Assembly (NCBI GenBank): GCA_951406725.2
Contig: OX597823.1
Coordinates: 44,206,001 to 44,270,000, forward strand
Direction of reading: 5' to 3'
Source: Octopus vulgaris
Taxonomy: Eukaryota
Length of the DNA stretch: 64,000 nucleotides
How positions within the stretch are numbered: the stretch's first letter is position 1; each line of letters begins with the position of its first letter. The notes under the pieces are model-generated. The model was given only the letters and a program-made list of their open reading frames with translations. It searched no databases and was not told the DNA's origin. A program made the position numbers and the translations under genes. Below are positions 25,119 through 39,370 of this stretch, one piece after another.

Positions 25119-26619
25119 TTACTTTTTATTCTTTCATTTCTAACTTATTTATTAACGTTTTGTGATATCAGAGTCACTTAGCATTTCTCATCTTCTGTTC
25201 CTTTTAATCAACGACCTTAGCCTATAGTCATTGGTAATTCCACATTAATGTTTTGTTTTATTGTACCACTTTCCTGAAATACTCTACAGTTATTTATCTC
25301 ATCTTTGAATTTGCCCATAAATCTGTGCTATATTTCACCCTTGCATTTGATCCCTAAATACACTTGAATTTATATTCAGTTTCTTGTAGAAATAAATTAT
25401 TCTCTAACCTTCTTTATATGAAATCTTTACATTATTCTTGAAACAAATGCACCTACGGTCATATTTGACTAATGGTTCCTTTATAGTATACATCATCCAC
25501 CAGTTCCTCATTAAATTCATATTCTTTTGAAACTTCTGAATATACTGTAACGCTTAACAAATTAAAATGCTTTGGTGCCATTTTATTCTCTGTTTTATCT
25601 TCATTTATCCCCTTCACTAACGCCCAAAACATTTTATTCTCATAGTTACTCTTGCAGTTTCTATAAATGAACACTGCTAACGGGTCATTATTTCACTTTT
25701 ATCTTTGTATTCATATACTTAGAGAAATGTTTCTGAAATTCCAGTGACTTATAGTAAATTCCCTTTTTCCACTGTCTGTATCCTCTCTCATGCTCCCCTT
25801 CTTGTACCTTGAGAGTTTGCTCTGCACCTCATCACTACTATTTCTATCATCTTCCCAGCTACAGCTACCCTTATATAATGTAGGGGTAACTATATATCTC
25901 TTCTATAGCAAGACACCTGTACTTGTCCCTCTATCATACTTCAGCAGATGGTATAAAGCTTCTCTGAAATACTCCCCATCACAGTTGTATGAGCCTTCTT
26001 CCTTTTCCTTATTCATTTTCTGTATTGCAAATTGGTGACCTCACTTGTGCCAGTGACACAAAAACAAGCACTCAGTATACACTGTAAATTGTTTGGTGTT
26101 AGGAAGGGCATCCAGCCACGGAAATCATGCCAAAACTGACAGTGGAGTTTGACATGGCCCTGCAGCTGGCTGGTCCCTGTCAAACCATTTGGCCCAAGCC
26201 AGTATGGAAAATGGACATTGATTTACTATGATGATGATCATTGTCATCATAAAGTAAGCTGACTTTTTTAGTGTTTTATTTTTTTCATTGATTTTTATCT
26301 TTGTACCAAATATTCTGAAAATACTGTCTCATAACTTGGGTTAATTTTTAAAATTGCAATGACATGATAAAAGTTCAGTTCCTCAAGTTTTCTTTTTACT
26401 TCATCAAAATTACCACTCATAAAAGTGTTTACATTACTGAGCAAAATTTTCAAATAATTAGCATTACTAATATATTTTACTTAATTTGTTTTAGAGTTTG
26501 ACTCATGCTGAAAAGTGCTGTTGAAAAATTATAATGAATAACATCAGAAACCTCTGGTATTATTATCATGCATATCATAGTAATTTACATATTATTGTAA
26601 TGATTGGGACACAAAACTC

Positions 26620-27080
26620 TACATGTGAAGACCTGTTGAGGCAAGTGAGAAATTGAAAGCAATCAAACTCTACTTGTGTAGACCTGTTGAGGCGAGTGAG
26701 AAATCAGAAATCAGAATCAAAATCGAAAGCGATCAACATCAATGGAAATTGTAGCTGTGATACCGGTGCCGGGGGCACGTAAGAGAACCATCCTAACGTG
26801 GCCGTTGCCAGCCTCGCCTGGCCTCCATGCTGGTGGCATGTAAAAAGCACCATCCGATCATGGCCGTTTGCCAGCCTCGTCTGGCACCTGTGTCGGTGGC
26901 ATGAAAAAAGCACCCACTACACTCACGGAGTGGTTGGCATTAGGAAGGGGATCCAGCCGTAGAAACATTGCCAGATCAGACTGGGCCTGGTGCAGCCTTC
27001 TAGCTTCCCAGACCCCAGTTAAACCGTCCAACCCATGCTAGCATGGAAAGCGGATGCTAAACGATGATGATGATGATGAT
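26620..27080 (+). mobile_element. RTE-associated 3' UTR / SINE-like repeat ending in (GAT)n
   Basis: gagtggttggcattaggaaggg.atccagcc core and gatgatgat tail; related copies near 26040, 30817, 38660, 47345, 48840 and 52343. Confidence 0.75.
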
Positions 27081-28228
27081 ATGCCTGATGATAATATAAT
27101 GGAAATGTTATTTTAAATGTTTCATGCCAAACCATGTGACATAACATAACACCATTTCATCTTCCCTCTCCTCCATCCTCCTGTGTTTCAAAAGTGTCCT
27201 CTCATGTTCTCTTTGTTACTAAGAATTTGTGTTTTTAGTTGGATTGAGGAATTTTGAGAAGTTGTTCAGAATATGTGCATTGACCTCAGATTTTAGCATC
27301 CTGGACAATCACCTAGTTTGCCTAATATGTAGTGTAGGCCCTGTTCCCCACACACCTCTGTTGACCTTCTGTTTGCTTGTAGCAACTCCACATTTACCTC
27401 ACCTCCCCTCTTCACTATCAGTATGTTGCATTTCCAAATATTTTCAGAAAAATTTTCCAGAATCCATGATTCACTGTGGAACCTGTTATGCTGTTACTTG
27501 ACCTGCAAGAAATAGCAACTAGATTTCTCTCAAATTACACTTGCTTTCTTAAAATAGACAGTATGATCATAGCTGTTATGCTTTATCTCACAGGCTTGCT
27601 CAGTCATGGTTGGATAAGAGTAAAACACTCAATAATGTTTCTAGAGAGAAAACAATGTTATCATCAACTATTCTGTGGTTTAACATTTATAATCTGAAGG
27701 TGTAGATCTAGATTGTAAATATATAGATTTTATGCAAGATTTGCAGGTATTTATGATGTATTTTTTTTTTAGAACAGATTAAAACTTTAAGTTTAATTGT
27801 TCAAAGACAAGTATATATCTAATTTGTCAATATAGAACTGTTGAAAAATCTCTACTGTCCAATCTCCACAATTTAAGTACCTGCTTTATCTTATACTGTT
27901 TCTCTGTTATTTCAGGATATTAGATGGCATTTGGTATTGAAGAATTTTTCCATCAGATGCTTCAAGAATATTAACATCTTTTAAAGACTGAAGGATGATG
28001 TCAAACAGAATAGATATAACACTGTTTATATAAATATATGACTGAGTTACTGTTTAGAAGATGTACAAGATAATTTTGCATTTTAATTAAATTTGGACTT
28101 ATTTACTAAGGAGTTCACAGCAGCTTCAGATGTTGACAAAGATCACAACTGATAGCAGTAAACATATTTGTTAGGAATACAAGATAAAAGAAAAGAGGAA
28201 AATATGCTGTCGTGAAAGAAGAAAAATT

Positions 28229-29647
28229 ATGGAAAATGAATTATGTGAGAATCAAGTTAAATGTATAACGCAAACTAAACAAATCGATTTTCCTGATAAT
28301 ATGATGCTACAAGAGATAAGAAAATCTTTATACCTCTGTGATATCTGTAATAAACCATTCTCTCAAAAAGGTCACCTCACCACTCACAAACGTATTCACA
28401 CAGGAGAGAAACCATATCATTGTGATATCTGTGGTAAATCATTTTCTCAAAGAAGTCCTTTAACAACTCACAAACGCATTCATACAGGAGAGAAGCCATA
28501 TCACTGTGATATCTGTGGTTACTCATTCTCCACAAAAAGTCACTTAAATACTCACAAACGTATTCATACAGGAGAAACTCCATATCATTGTGATATCTGT
28601 GATAAATCATTCTCTGAAGGAGGTAAATTAAATAAACATAAATTCATTCATACTGGAGAGAAACCCTATCACTGTGATACATGTGGTAAATCATTCTCTA
28701 CAAGAAGTCATTTAATCACTCATAAACGCATTCATACAGGAGAAACTCCATATCACTGTGACATTTGTGGTAAATCTTTCTCCGTAGGAGGCAATTTAAC
28801 TAAACACAAGTACATTCATATAGGAGAGAAGCCATATCACTGTGATATCTGTGGTAAGTCCTTCTTTCAAAGAGTTCATGTTACTTCTCACAAACGTACT
28901 CACACAGGTGAGAAACCACATCACTGTGATATCTGTGGTAAATCATTCCCTGAAAAATGTCATTTAACTACTCACAAACGTATTCATACAGGGGAAAAAC
29001 CATATCACTGTGATATCTGTGGTAAATCATTCTCTCAATCAAGTTACATAACTATACACAACAGACGTATTCATACAGAAGCAAAACACAAAAATACAAG
29101 TGAAAAACCATACCATTGTGATATCTGTGGTAAATCATTTGCTGAAGCAAGCTACTTAACCTCACACAAACGCATTCATACTGGTGAGAAACCCTATCAC
29201 TGTGATATCTGTGGTAAATCATTCTCTGGAAGAAGTAACTTATCTAAACACAGACATATACATACAGGAGAGAAGCCATATCACTGTGATATCTGTGGTA
29301 TATCATTCTCTCAAGCAGGTCACTTAACTACTCACAAGCACATTCACACAGGAGAAAAGCCCTATCACTGTGATGTGTGTGGTAAATCGTTCTCCCAGAC
29401 CAGTCACTTAACTATTCACAAACGTATTCACACTGGTGAGAAACCATACCACTGTGATATTTGTGGTAAATCATTCTACCAAAATAGTGATGTAACTAAA
29501 CACAAACGTATTCACACAGGAGAGAAGCCATATCATTGTGACTGTTGTGGTAAATCATTCTCTGAAGGAAGGTTCTTATCTAAACACAAACATATTCATA
29601 GAGGAGAAAAACCCAAACAAAACAATATTTATTCAATTATTCAGTAG
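28229..29647 (+). CDS. C2H2 zinc-finger protein C, 472 aa, 15 fingers; closest paralog of ZNF A
   Basis: MENELCENQ start shared with ZNF A; C2H2 array; acceptor tttcag at 27915. Confidence 0.95.
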   Translation: MENELCENQVKCITQTKQIDFPDNMMLQEIRKSLYLCDICNKPFSQKGHLTTHKRIHTGEKPYHCDICGKSFSQRSPLTTHKRIHTGEKPYHCDICGYSFSTKSHLNTHKRIHTGETPYHCDICDKSFSEGGKLNKHKFIHTGEKPYHCDTCGKSFSTRSHLITHKRIHTGETPYHCDICGKSFSVGGNLTKHKYIHIGEKPYHCDICGKSFFQRVHVTSHKRTHTGEKPHHCDICGKSFPEKCHLTTHKRIHTGEKPYHCDICGKSFSQSSYITIHNRRIHTEAKHKNTSEKPYHCDICGKSFAEASYLTSHKRIHTGEKPYHCDICGKSFSGRSNLSKHRHIHTGEKPYHCDICGISFSQAGHLTTHKHIHTGEKPYHCDVCGKSFSQTSHLTIHKRIHTGEKPYHCDICGKSFYQNSDVTKHKRIHTGEKPYHCDCCGKSFSEGRFLSKHKHIHRGEKPKQNNIYSIIQ

Positions 29648-30330
29648 TAACTTGTTTAACTGCTAAAATATTCATACAGGTGAGAAATCACATCACTAGT
29701 ATCTCTGACAAATCATTTGCTGAAAAAGTTGCATAATTTTTCATATATGCACTCATAAAAGGGAAAATAACCCATATCATTGTGATATCTTTCATCAGTA
29801 ATTCTCTCAATCAAGTTACATGACTATACATGACTATGCATAACAGACATATTCATACACAAAATTATAAGTGAAAAACCATATCCTGTAGTATATTGTT
29901 CTCCCATTTGCAAATGTATTCATACAGGAGAGAGACACTATCTGTAGTAAATCATTTAATCAAATTTGTAATGTAACTAAGCACAAATTTATTCAAAGTG
30001 GAGAGAAACCATATTGTTATGATGGTGACAATCATTCTCTGAAAGAAGGTTAACTACTCACAAACATTCCATTCACTCAAAGACTGCTAACATACTTATA
30101 CAGATAAGAAACCATGTTACTGTAATATCTTGTATATATATCATTCTTTGCAACAAATCATTTAACTACACAAATGCTTTCACACAAGAGACAAAACGTA
30201 ATTCAGTAATATCTGTGATAATTATTTTTCTCAATCAAGTAACATAGTTTATGAAAAAAATGTATTTTATATAACCATAAATATATTCACAGAGAAAAGA
30301 AAACACAACAGTGTGATAACTTCCGAACAG
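29648..30330 (+). pseudogene. Decayed zinc-finger repeats downstream of the ZNF C stop
   Basis: Repeated ttcatacagg.gagaaa / aaatcatt motifs with stops and indels. Confidence 0.8.
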
Positions 30331-31129
30331 TGTAGTTTATATAACTACAGTTATATCTACATTGGTGATAATTTTAATAAAATCATTCAGGATTTTCAAA
30401 ATGATCTTGTAATTTCCACATAGACTTTACAGCAAGAGCCTTAAGCTAGTAAAGTTGAAAGATCACTTTCTAACTTGTTTCATTTAGGATGTGTGAACTT
30501 CTTCAATGAATTTTAGACAGTAATGATAATAATAAAGTTGCTAAACACTCCTTTTTGCATATAAAATTATACTAAAATAATGTCAGTGTTTGTTATGAGA
30601 TGTATTTTTTTCCTGAATTTTCTTACCCATACTTATAGGTCCACATTATTCACAAGTGAATATTAAACATCACAAATAAGTATGGTGTTTTCTTCAAGGA
30701 GAACAGATGCTCTTATTCAACATTGTAAATGACTGAGAAATATATTTGCATATAAGAGGGATAACACCATTGTACTGCTATTATGCTACAAACAGAAAAA
30801 ACATAAAATATATTTCATCAGACCATCATCATTATTTGATATTTGCATTCCATGCTGGTTGAACAATCCAACAGAGAACTGTATTGAGCTCCAGTGTTTT
30901 CTTTGGTACAGATTCTACGGCTGGCTAACCCTCCTGATACCAGCCACTTTCCAGAGTGTACTGAGTGCTTTTTACATGGCAGCATCATTAGTGAGGTCAT
31001 TAAGTAACTCCCAAGAAAACTGAGTTTGGGTGCAGTAGTGACATGGTTTTGTGCCAGATATTTAGAGGCTGAAGTATGAAACAGAGACAGGACCAATATC
31101 CTGCTATAATGAAGATTCATCACAACCTC

Positions 31130-31800
31130 GGTTGAAAAGGGATAAAAGATGGTGGAGATGAGGTGTCAGCATGTGCTCTCAAGATACAAGAAGGTGGATA
31201 CAAGGAGAACAGAGATGGAATTGAGGATGGATGTGTAAGTTCGTGAAAGTGTGAAAGGAGAATGACAGAGATGGAGATAGAGGTGAATGATGAACAAAAG
31301 TGGAAATGTGGTCACTGGCGAGAAGGTGAAGGAAAATATGGGTGAGTTAGGGAAGAAGAGATAAGTGACAGTATATAAAGGGTTGGGGAAATAGAGAGCA
31401 ACTATAATAAAATTGTAGGTTGATGAGAAATATGGAGATGATGTGAAGTCTAGTGGGAAGAAAAAGAGATTCGCAGTGACAGAAATGGTGGTTAGAGGTA
31501 CATAGGGGAGGATATAGTGATTGACAAATAGGTGGGTTGGGGCCAATAGGCACGAGAAGATATTCAGAGTAAAGTAGCATTCAGTGGAAAATAAAGTGGT
31601 AACAGGTGGGAGACAAGTGAAAGAGTTCCAAGGTGGTGAGGGTAATTGATAACGTAAAAATGGGGATGAAATGTAGAAATAGTACTGTCATTCGAAGGGA
31701 GAGGAGTGATGGATGTTACAAAGACGAGTTGATGGGGGTGGCTTAATGGGTAGACTGGGTGCAGGGCCATAGTCGCAAACAATATGTTTTTAGGACCTTT
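31130..31800. repeat. Purine-rich (GA) low-complexity tract
   Basis: Strong A/G strand bias; similar tracts at 8690-8950 and 47770-48060. Confidence 0.7.
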
Positions 31801-32509
31801 GTTGAGATGGAGAGGTCTTCTTGAGCATAGCAAGTCAGCAATCCTCTCTGCCTTTCGTCATCTGTAGGGTTCAACAACTTGAGATCAGTTTTTACTACTC
31901 TGTCCCATGTCTTCCTGGGTCTCCCTCAGGTTCCATTCAATGATGAGTATTTCTTTAGGCAGCTGGCCATATGCATCACATCAACATACATGCATGGGCT
32001 TCTCTCTTGCATGCTACATTTGATGCCTCTTATGCTCAGTTCTTCTCTCGACACATTTGCACTTTGTCATGTGCAGACTGGCATTGAACATCCAGCAGAG
32101 AATGCTTGCTTCATTACATTTTAGTCTATAATAAGATATATGATCTGTATTATTCTCAATAATATATTTTATGCATCTTACATACAATTTGTTTTTAAGC
32201 ATTTTGTATATGTTTATCCTATGAAGGGAATGATTTTATTAAGGTTTATATTTAATCATTTTTATTTTCATTCATGGTGTGATTATTTCATAGGCAAATC
32301 ATCATAATATTCTCAAGATGCACAGGTGATCACTGTTTACAAGTTGAAAGATAAATGACAGGACTGTGGAAGCTACCAGCCAAATTTTACTTTTGTCAAA
32401 TATAGGCAAATATCTAGCAAAAATATTGCTCAAAAGATTTCAAAAATTATTTGAACAAATCTTTCCTAAATGCCAATGTAGATTTTATATATGATCTTCA
32501 CCTTGTGAT

Positions 32510-32885
32510 AAATTCGAGAAAAGTGTGTCCTTTTCATTATATTCAGTGATTTTGTACAACAGGAACTATAAATATCATCATCAGAGTGTGTCATCTTCAA
32601 GAGAACTGTAAAGAGCAGAACATGCAACTTCATCACTGCTTCATTGACCTCTCTAAAGTATCTGACATTGTTAACAGAGATATATATATATATTCTGAAT
32701 GATTTATAACAATGGGTTGGCCTGAGAAATTTATTGTTCTTCTGGATTTGTGCTTGAAGGCAATTTTAAGGATTCCCTCTCTATGTCTCTCAACCATCTC
32801 CAATGCAAAATGGAGTCAGACAAGCAAATAATATCACACCTGCTATATTGACAATATACTTTATTGTAATATTTCTCATAGCTTA
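32510..32885 (+). mobile_element. RTE (BovB-like) RT relic
   Basis: HLQENCKEQNMQLHHCFIDLSKVSDIVNRD, and a qNGVRQ-like motif near 32810. Confidence 0.65.
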
Positions 32886-32891
32886 CAAATG

Positions 32892-33395
32892 TATGAGGTG
32901 GTGTCAAACAGTTTCTGCACTAGTTCTGTAGTGCACCAACAGATGCCAGCACAGGGTTGTGTGCACAGTGAAAGCTAGCAGTGACCTTCACGAGGCAGTG
33001 TGCCGAATGACATCAATGTGTTTACTTTTCAAGTTGTGTTTCTGCTATAGTCTGTGCTTTTACTATGGACAGGAAGTTGGAACAAAGAGCTAAAGTGAAA
33101 TTTTATATTAAACCTGGGAAGTTTGCTACAGAGACACTGAGCATGCTTTGGCAAGCTTACAGTGACAAAGTAATGGTTCATACACAATGTTTCAAGTGGC
33201 ACTTCTAAAGCGGAACAACGTCACTGGAAGATGATGAAGTGATCTAGAAGACCTGCCACGAGCTTCACCCCCCAGAAATGTGAAGAAAATTCATCAGCTT
33301 GTGCATGAGGATCATCACAGAACAATCAATGATATTGCTGATGTTGGTCTGTCGTATGGGTCCAATGCAGGCAATCGTAACATCTGAATTGGACT
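32892..33395 (+). mobile_element. Mariner 5' fragment (left TIR and HTH region)
   Basis: TA then tgaggtggtgtcaaacagtt; from 33065 MDRKLEQRAKVKFYIKPGKFATETLSMLWQAYSDKVMVHTQCFKWH. Confidence 0.8.
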
Positions 33396-34399
33396 GAAAA
33401 TTCTCAACGATGGTTGTTACACAATTGAAGACATGAAATTTCACTTTTTAACCATATAATATTGTTAAAACTCAGTTTTGATACAAAAGCTGCAATAAAG
33501 TTGGTGAATTAATTTCCACTCTTCATGACATTATAAAACTTAACCCTAGAACAAATAAATGTATAATGCTCAAGAATTTGCCCTGTTTTGATGTTTGCAA
33601 CAAAAAGCAGTTTCCCAAGAAATTAAGGAGACTCCATCTGGCTGTTGCAATGCTGTAGGAACAATAAAAACCAAGCTGATGGTAACTGATAATAATGTTA
33701 ACCTAAGCATCTTACATAACTGGTAAGAATTCTTCAACTTAATCATCCTTGTAATATAAAATGGAAGATAACTAAATTATTGTTTGGATGGTTGGAAAGT
33801 TTCTTCATTTATGAGGTTAGGGAACACTGTAACTATGTTGGCCTTGATAAAAAGGTAAAATAATTTTGATAAGCACACCCTAAAATAAAACTTGAAATGA
33901 AAGGACATTAATAATGATGAGCCTGTTTTTTTATTAACCAACTGACCAAAATTCAGTAGAGATGGTAAAATAAAGTAGGAAGAAAGAAAACAATGAAGAT
34001 AGTGTAGAAGAAAGATTTTGGATGTTTTCTGTTTGACCTCCACTTTTTGAAATTTTAAAATTCACTGAAAATTTTTAAATTTGGTATATTGATGTAATTT
34101 TTCATGCTGAATTTGATGTTGTCATTCACTTGTGTGAGAAAAATATTACAGAGCTTTAAAGTTTGATCATTTTTATCCAATCAGAAAATGGGATTTGGAA
34201 GCTGGCATTTTGTGCATGATAACATTACAACAAAACATTCAATGACAGAAGTTTTAATAAGATTTGATGAATAAAGTTATGTGAATTGCTGGAACAGGTG
34301 TCAATTTTTCTTTTTTGTGAAAAATTACTAAAAAAAAAAGCTGAATGTTACTTTGAAAAAAACTGTAGTTCAGTTCATGCAAATAATACAAATTTTGTA

Positions 34400-35100
34400 G
34401 TGAAAATTCAAAAACGAAATTTTGTGATGGATTTTAGGAGTTTGTCAAATAAATTACAATTTTTGTGCCTCCTGTGCCACATAAACTTGCAGAGATACAA
34501 GTCAGCCATAGAACAGTATCACAGTACCATTTATTACTTTGCTTTACAGAGGCCCATGTGCTTTCCACTAGTTGCTTATGGATGCCATCTTTCGAATTAA
34601 TAAATTCAACACTGGTTCACTATTCTATGTCAAAAATTGTAACCATCAGTTTCAGAAATGCGAGAGTAGGCCCTCCACAAATCATTGAAAATTGTGGTTC
34701 CTAGAAGTGACTGACATATGCATTCCTCCAGTGTGCCACAATTCCATCATGTCACTGCATAAAGAAAAAGATGTCTGGTCTTGTGATGCACTCCTCTGAA
34801 AACCCACTACTCAGGTAGGAAATTTTTCTTGGACATATTTACATCTGAACTGGGGTGCAGAGCAGGTCCTCTGCACATATATCATGAACATAGCTGTTGT
34901 AATCAACAGCTGTGCAGTAGCTCATCCCTAGTTCTTCAACACAAAACTGGACTGAAGTCAATTCCTTAACCCATGACTAAGAGGAAGGGTGTCATCTTTC
35001 AACCATGTATTTTTTCTGACAGACATACATTCATTGCATCTTTTTCAGGAGAGCCACCTGTGAATGTTCCCACTGTGAATCTTTGTCTTCATATGTTCTT
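34400..35100 (-). mobile_element. Possible Sola2-like transposase relic
   Basis: Minus strand RWHP*ATSGKH.GLC...NGTV resembles WxFFATSHGKGPCDGxGGTV; very degraded. Confidence 0.3.
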
Positions 35101-35799
35101 TGTGCATAATTTTTTTTTTTTGAGAGATAATACCTTCCTCTTGTAAGAAACTGCATCCTCCTTGGTTTTCAATTTCTTCATTGTATTTGAAAGGTTAAAT
35201 GAGTTAACAGTAACAGATGGTTGAAAGCAGACTATACTTGTTTCTATGGAAACAGGCACCAATATCTGTGGCTTTTGAATGGCAAAAATTATCCAACATT
35301 TGTAGAGTTTAAAAGCTATAAACTTTTGATTTATTAATTTGTGGCAAAAATGACTTTCATTTCCATAATTAACATACAAATCTACATCAGTACATCAAAT
35401 TGGAAATCAATTAAAGGAAGTGAAAAGTGAAAACCAAACAGAAAAAATCTAAGATTTGCTATAGATAAATATACCTGACAAGTGATTTAATAGCAAGACT
35501 AAATCAAAGAGACTTTATAACAGAACAAGAAATCATGTCCAATTTATTTGAGTCAAACACAATTAATACCAGAGCAAATTATATTGCAACAATAACCAAG
35601 GCTCATTCTAGCATACAAAAGTCCACTTTCCAGCACCTAATATATCCCTAATGTGCAAGTAGACTTAGGCCTATCTGATAACCATATATAACTGAAAAGA
35701 GATGGTATGACCATTTCTATAGGGGTCAATTTCTGTTTACAGGAATTTTTCAGTGGTCTGGCAATGGAAAGCCCCCAATTTGCCAGATTTAAGAGTTAA

Positions 35800-36657
35800 G
35801 GATGTCATATTTTGTTATCGCAGATTAGCACAGATGTGCTTTGGCAATGGCAGCCAATCAGAGCCGGTTGTGTACCTATAAAAGCGGCAGTGATCAGAAC
35901 AGTGGTGTGCACTTTTTGGCAGTCAGTCAGCAGAAGACCTCAATGCCATGACCATCAGTGAAGAGCTGCACAACGGTCAGTGAATAGATCCTACAACTGT
36001 CAACAGTGCTGCACAGCCATCAGCAAATAGATCTCCATGACCGTTGGCGAACAGATCCTATAACCGTCAGTGAACAGAGCTTTATAAGGCGGCAAGCTGG
36101 CAGAAACGTTAGCATGCCGGGCAAAATGCTTAGCGATATTTCGCCCACTGTTACGTTCTGAGTTCAAATTCCACCGAGGTCGACTTTGCCTTTCATCCTT
36201 TCGGGGTCGATTAAATAGGTACCAGTTACGCACTGGGGTCGATATAATCGACTTAATCCATTTGTCTGTCCTTGTTTGTCCACTCTGTGTTTAGCCCCTT
36301 GTGGGTAGTAAAGAAATAGAACAGAGCTGCACAACTGTCAGCAGACAGATCTTGACATTTCACACCAGCCATTGCCTGTTTGTTCTTACATCATTAACAC
36401 TGCAAACTTCTAACCTGCTTGTGCAATTGTAAGTTTTCATGTTTTCCCTCTAACTCCTACATATATACACACACTTTGCTCAGCACTTGTCAACAATCCC
36501 AAATAAATTATGTTTGATTAACAAAACATACCTTCTGACATTTACTTCCACATACACTTATTTGCACATTATATTGGGATATTGTTACATTCGAACATGT
36601 GACTACCAACTTTGTTACAAACATTTAAAATTATTAAATTGGTGACAACTCTAAAAC
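35800..36657 (+). mobile_element. LTR-like repeat, copy 1 (interrupted by a SINE)
   Basis: CCAAT box (agccaatcag), tataaaag, internal ~22-bp subrepeats and aataaa; direct repeat of 37715-38610. Confidence 0.65.
36088..36318 (+). mobile_element. Full-length Nin/Deu-like SINE with TSD gaacagagct
   Basis: Complete head, core and tail; 10-bp direct repeat on both sides. Confidence 0.85.
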
Positions 36658-36732
36658 CATTACACCACGAAAAATTATATTGGTGACTTCCTGAACATTG
36701 GAATATATTTTCAGGATGTATTTCCCCCAACC

Positions 36733-36767
<35 letters not shown>

Positions 36768-37714
36768 CTGCCTGAGCAAATGTTTTCAATATTACTGCCT
36801 TTCTTCTTCATTGTACTTTAGTTGTACCTTGCACATGCACAGCCATACTCAACATGCATGTCTTGCCTTGTTTTCGATGAATTCTCTTGCTTGTTGTCAT
36901 TGGTCACACCAAAGCCATTTCCTTCTCGATTGCCACAGGACTTCTGTCTCAAGTCATCATGCTTCTCCAAGCATGCTGTGTGAAGAATGACTTTGTTTCA
37001 CTTGCACCTGCTCAACTCAGGTTTTTAACACTGGTACACTCTCTTTATAGCATCCCTCCTTGCATACCATGTCTCCGATGCAAAGCTTTTGCTGGTGGTT
37101 AATGTATCAGACACTGGAACCAGAGCTGTTTACAATCCTTTCATCAGCAACACTTAGAAACCTCTTACCACCACTAGACTCACTTAAGACATCTCTCAAA
37201 TTTGCAATGTGCAAATTCCATATTTGCCCATGCCAACCGTTGCAGATTCTGTATGATGTTTCAAGTTTTGCCTTGTCTCTCCATCCCACTGACTCATCAA
37301 TGAGCTGTTTTTGAAGCCCTGCTTACTCTGTTACCTCTGCTACCTAACGTCGACAGTGCTTACATTCATTTGCACACCCCTTGTCATCTCCAGCTCACCA
37401 GATGCATGCTCGCTTCCATCACATCCACTTCAATCTCATTGGAACCTGGCCTGTCAATCTCGGATACACTTTCATTCAGTCCTGATGCTACTTTTTACTC
37501 TATAGCACGAACTCTAGTATTGGGTTGGTTATTGCACTATGGATCTCTTACACACACCACTTCACACAGTGAACCCAGATGCTTTACGAGACTCTATATA
37601 TATATGAGCTAGCCCTTAGTGCCTGTTATTGTCTCATATTTTTTGCATGCTTGCATTCGTTTCTTTTTCATGTATTGACTTACAGTCTGAAGTGGGGTCA
37701 TGTAGTGAGTCAAG

Positions 37715-38610
37715 GAAGCCATATTTCATTATCACGGATTAGCACAGTTGTGCTTTGGCAAAAGAAGCCAATCAGAGCTGGTTGTGTACCTATAAAAGCA
37801 TCAGTCATCAGAACACACCTTTTGGCAGTATCAGCAGAAGACCTCGACACCACGACCATCAGCAAATAGAGCTGCACAACCAACAGCAGACAGGATCTAC
37901 ACAACTGACAGCAGACAGATCTTGACATTTCACACCAGCCTTCATACCACTAGCTATTGCCTGTTCATTTTTCTTACATCCTTAGCACTGCAAACTTCTA
38001 ACCTACTTGTGCAATTGTAAGTTTTTATGGCTTCCCTCTGATTCCAACAGATATACTCTTTTACTTGTTTCAGTCATTTGACTGCAGCCATGCTGGAGCA
38101 CCACCTCTAGTCAAGCAAATTGACCTCAGGACTTATTCTTTGGAAGCCTGGTACTTGTTCTATCAGTTTCTTTTGCCGAACCACTAAGTTATGGGGATGT
38201 AAACACACCACCATCGGTTGTCAAGCGATGTTGGAGGGGCAAACACAAACATATATACGACGGGCTTCTTTCAGTTTCCATCTACCAAATCCACTCACAA
38301 GGCTTTGGTCAGCCCGAGGCTATAGTAGAAAACACTTGCCCAAGGTGCAATGCAGTGGGAATGAACCCAGAACCATATGGTTGTTAAGCAAGCTACTTAC
38401 CACACAACCATTCCTGTACCTACTTTGTTCAGCACTTGTTCAACAATCCCAAATAAATTACTATGCTTTATTAACAAAACATGCCTTCTGACATTTATTT
38501 TTACATGCACCTATTTGCACATTATATTGGGACATTGTTACATTCGAACATGCGACAACTAACTTCGTTACAAATATTTAAAATTATTAAATTGATGACA
38601 ACTCTAAAAC
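37715..38610 (+). mobile_element. LTR-like repeat, copy 2 (interrupted by a SINE at 38056-38418)
   Basis: Colinear with 35800-36657. Confidence 0.65.
38056..38418 (-). mobile_element. tRNA-derived CORE-like SINE
   Basis: Reverse complement of 38987-39370. Confidence 0.8.
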
Positions 38611-38986
38611 TGTTATACTGGTAAGCTGTTTCACTATGAATAACAAGAAGTTTAACCAGAATCATCACCATTTAACATCTGTTTTACATGCTGGCATGGA
38701 TTGGATGGTTGGACAGAGGTTGGCAAGTCAAAGAGCTGCACTAGGCACCAATTGTTTGTTTTGGTATGGTTTCTACAGACATGCCTTTCCTAATGCCAAC
38801 CACTTTATAGACTGTACTGAGTGCTTTTTATGTAGCACCAGCACCAATGCTTTATATGTAGTACATCTTTCTGCAATTATATTAAATGAGCTCGTTATCT
38901 TCACTGCTTTTACATGTACTTTTCGATGTTGACATGGATCAGACAGGAATTTTTGAGCCTTTGTTTACTATTATCAATATTCATAA

Positions 38987-39370
38987 AGGCGCAGGAGTGG
39001 CTGTGTGGTAAGTAGCTTGTTTACCAACCACATGGTTCCGGGTTCAGTCCCACTGCGTGGCACCTTGGGCAGGTGTCTTCTACTATAGCCTCAGGCCGAC
39101 CAAAGCCTTGTAAGTGGATTTGGTAGACGGAAACTGAAAGAAGCCCGTCGTATATATGTATATATATATATGCGTGTGTGTGTGTGTCCCCCTAGCATTG
39201 TTTGACAACCGATGCTGGTGTTTATGTCCCCGTTACTTAGCGGTTCGGCAAAAAGAGACTGATAGAATAAGTACTGGGCTTACAAAAGAATAAGTCCCGG
39301 GGTCGAGTTGCTCGATTAAAGGCAGTGCTCCAGCATGGCCGCCGTCAAATGACTGAAACAAGTAAAAGAG
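38987..39370 (+). mobile_element. Full-length tRNA-derived CORE-like SINE
   Basis: A box gtggctgtgtgg, B box gggttcagtccc, caccttgggcag core, internal (TA)(TG) microsatellite, tail gactgaaacaagtaaaagag. Confidence 0.85.

Noticed and set aside
25150-26035. Strand-biased, possibly decayed coding region
   Set aside because: No recognisable motif in any frame read by eye.
29645-29650. A-to-I editing read-through of the ZNF C TAG into the fossil fingers
   Set aside because: TAG is followed directly by TAA and the downstream fingers are frameshifted.
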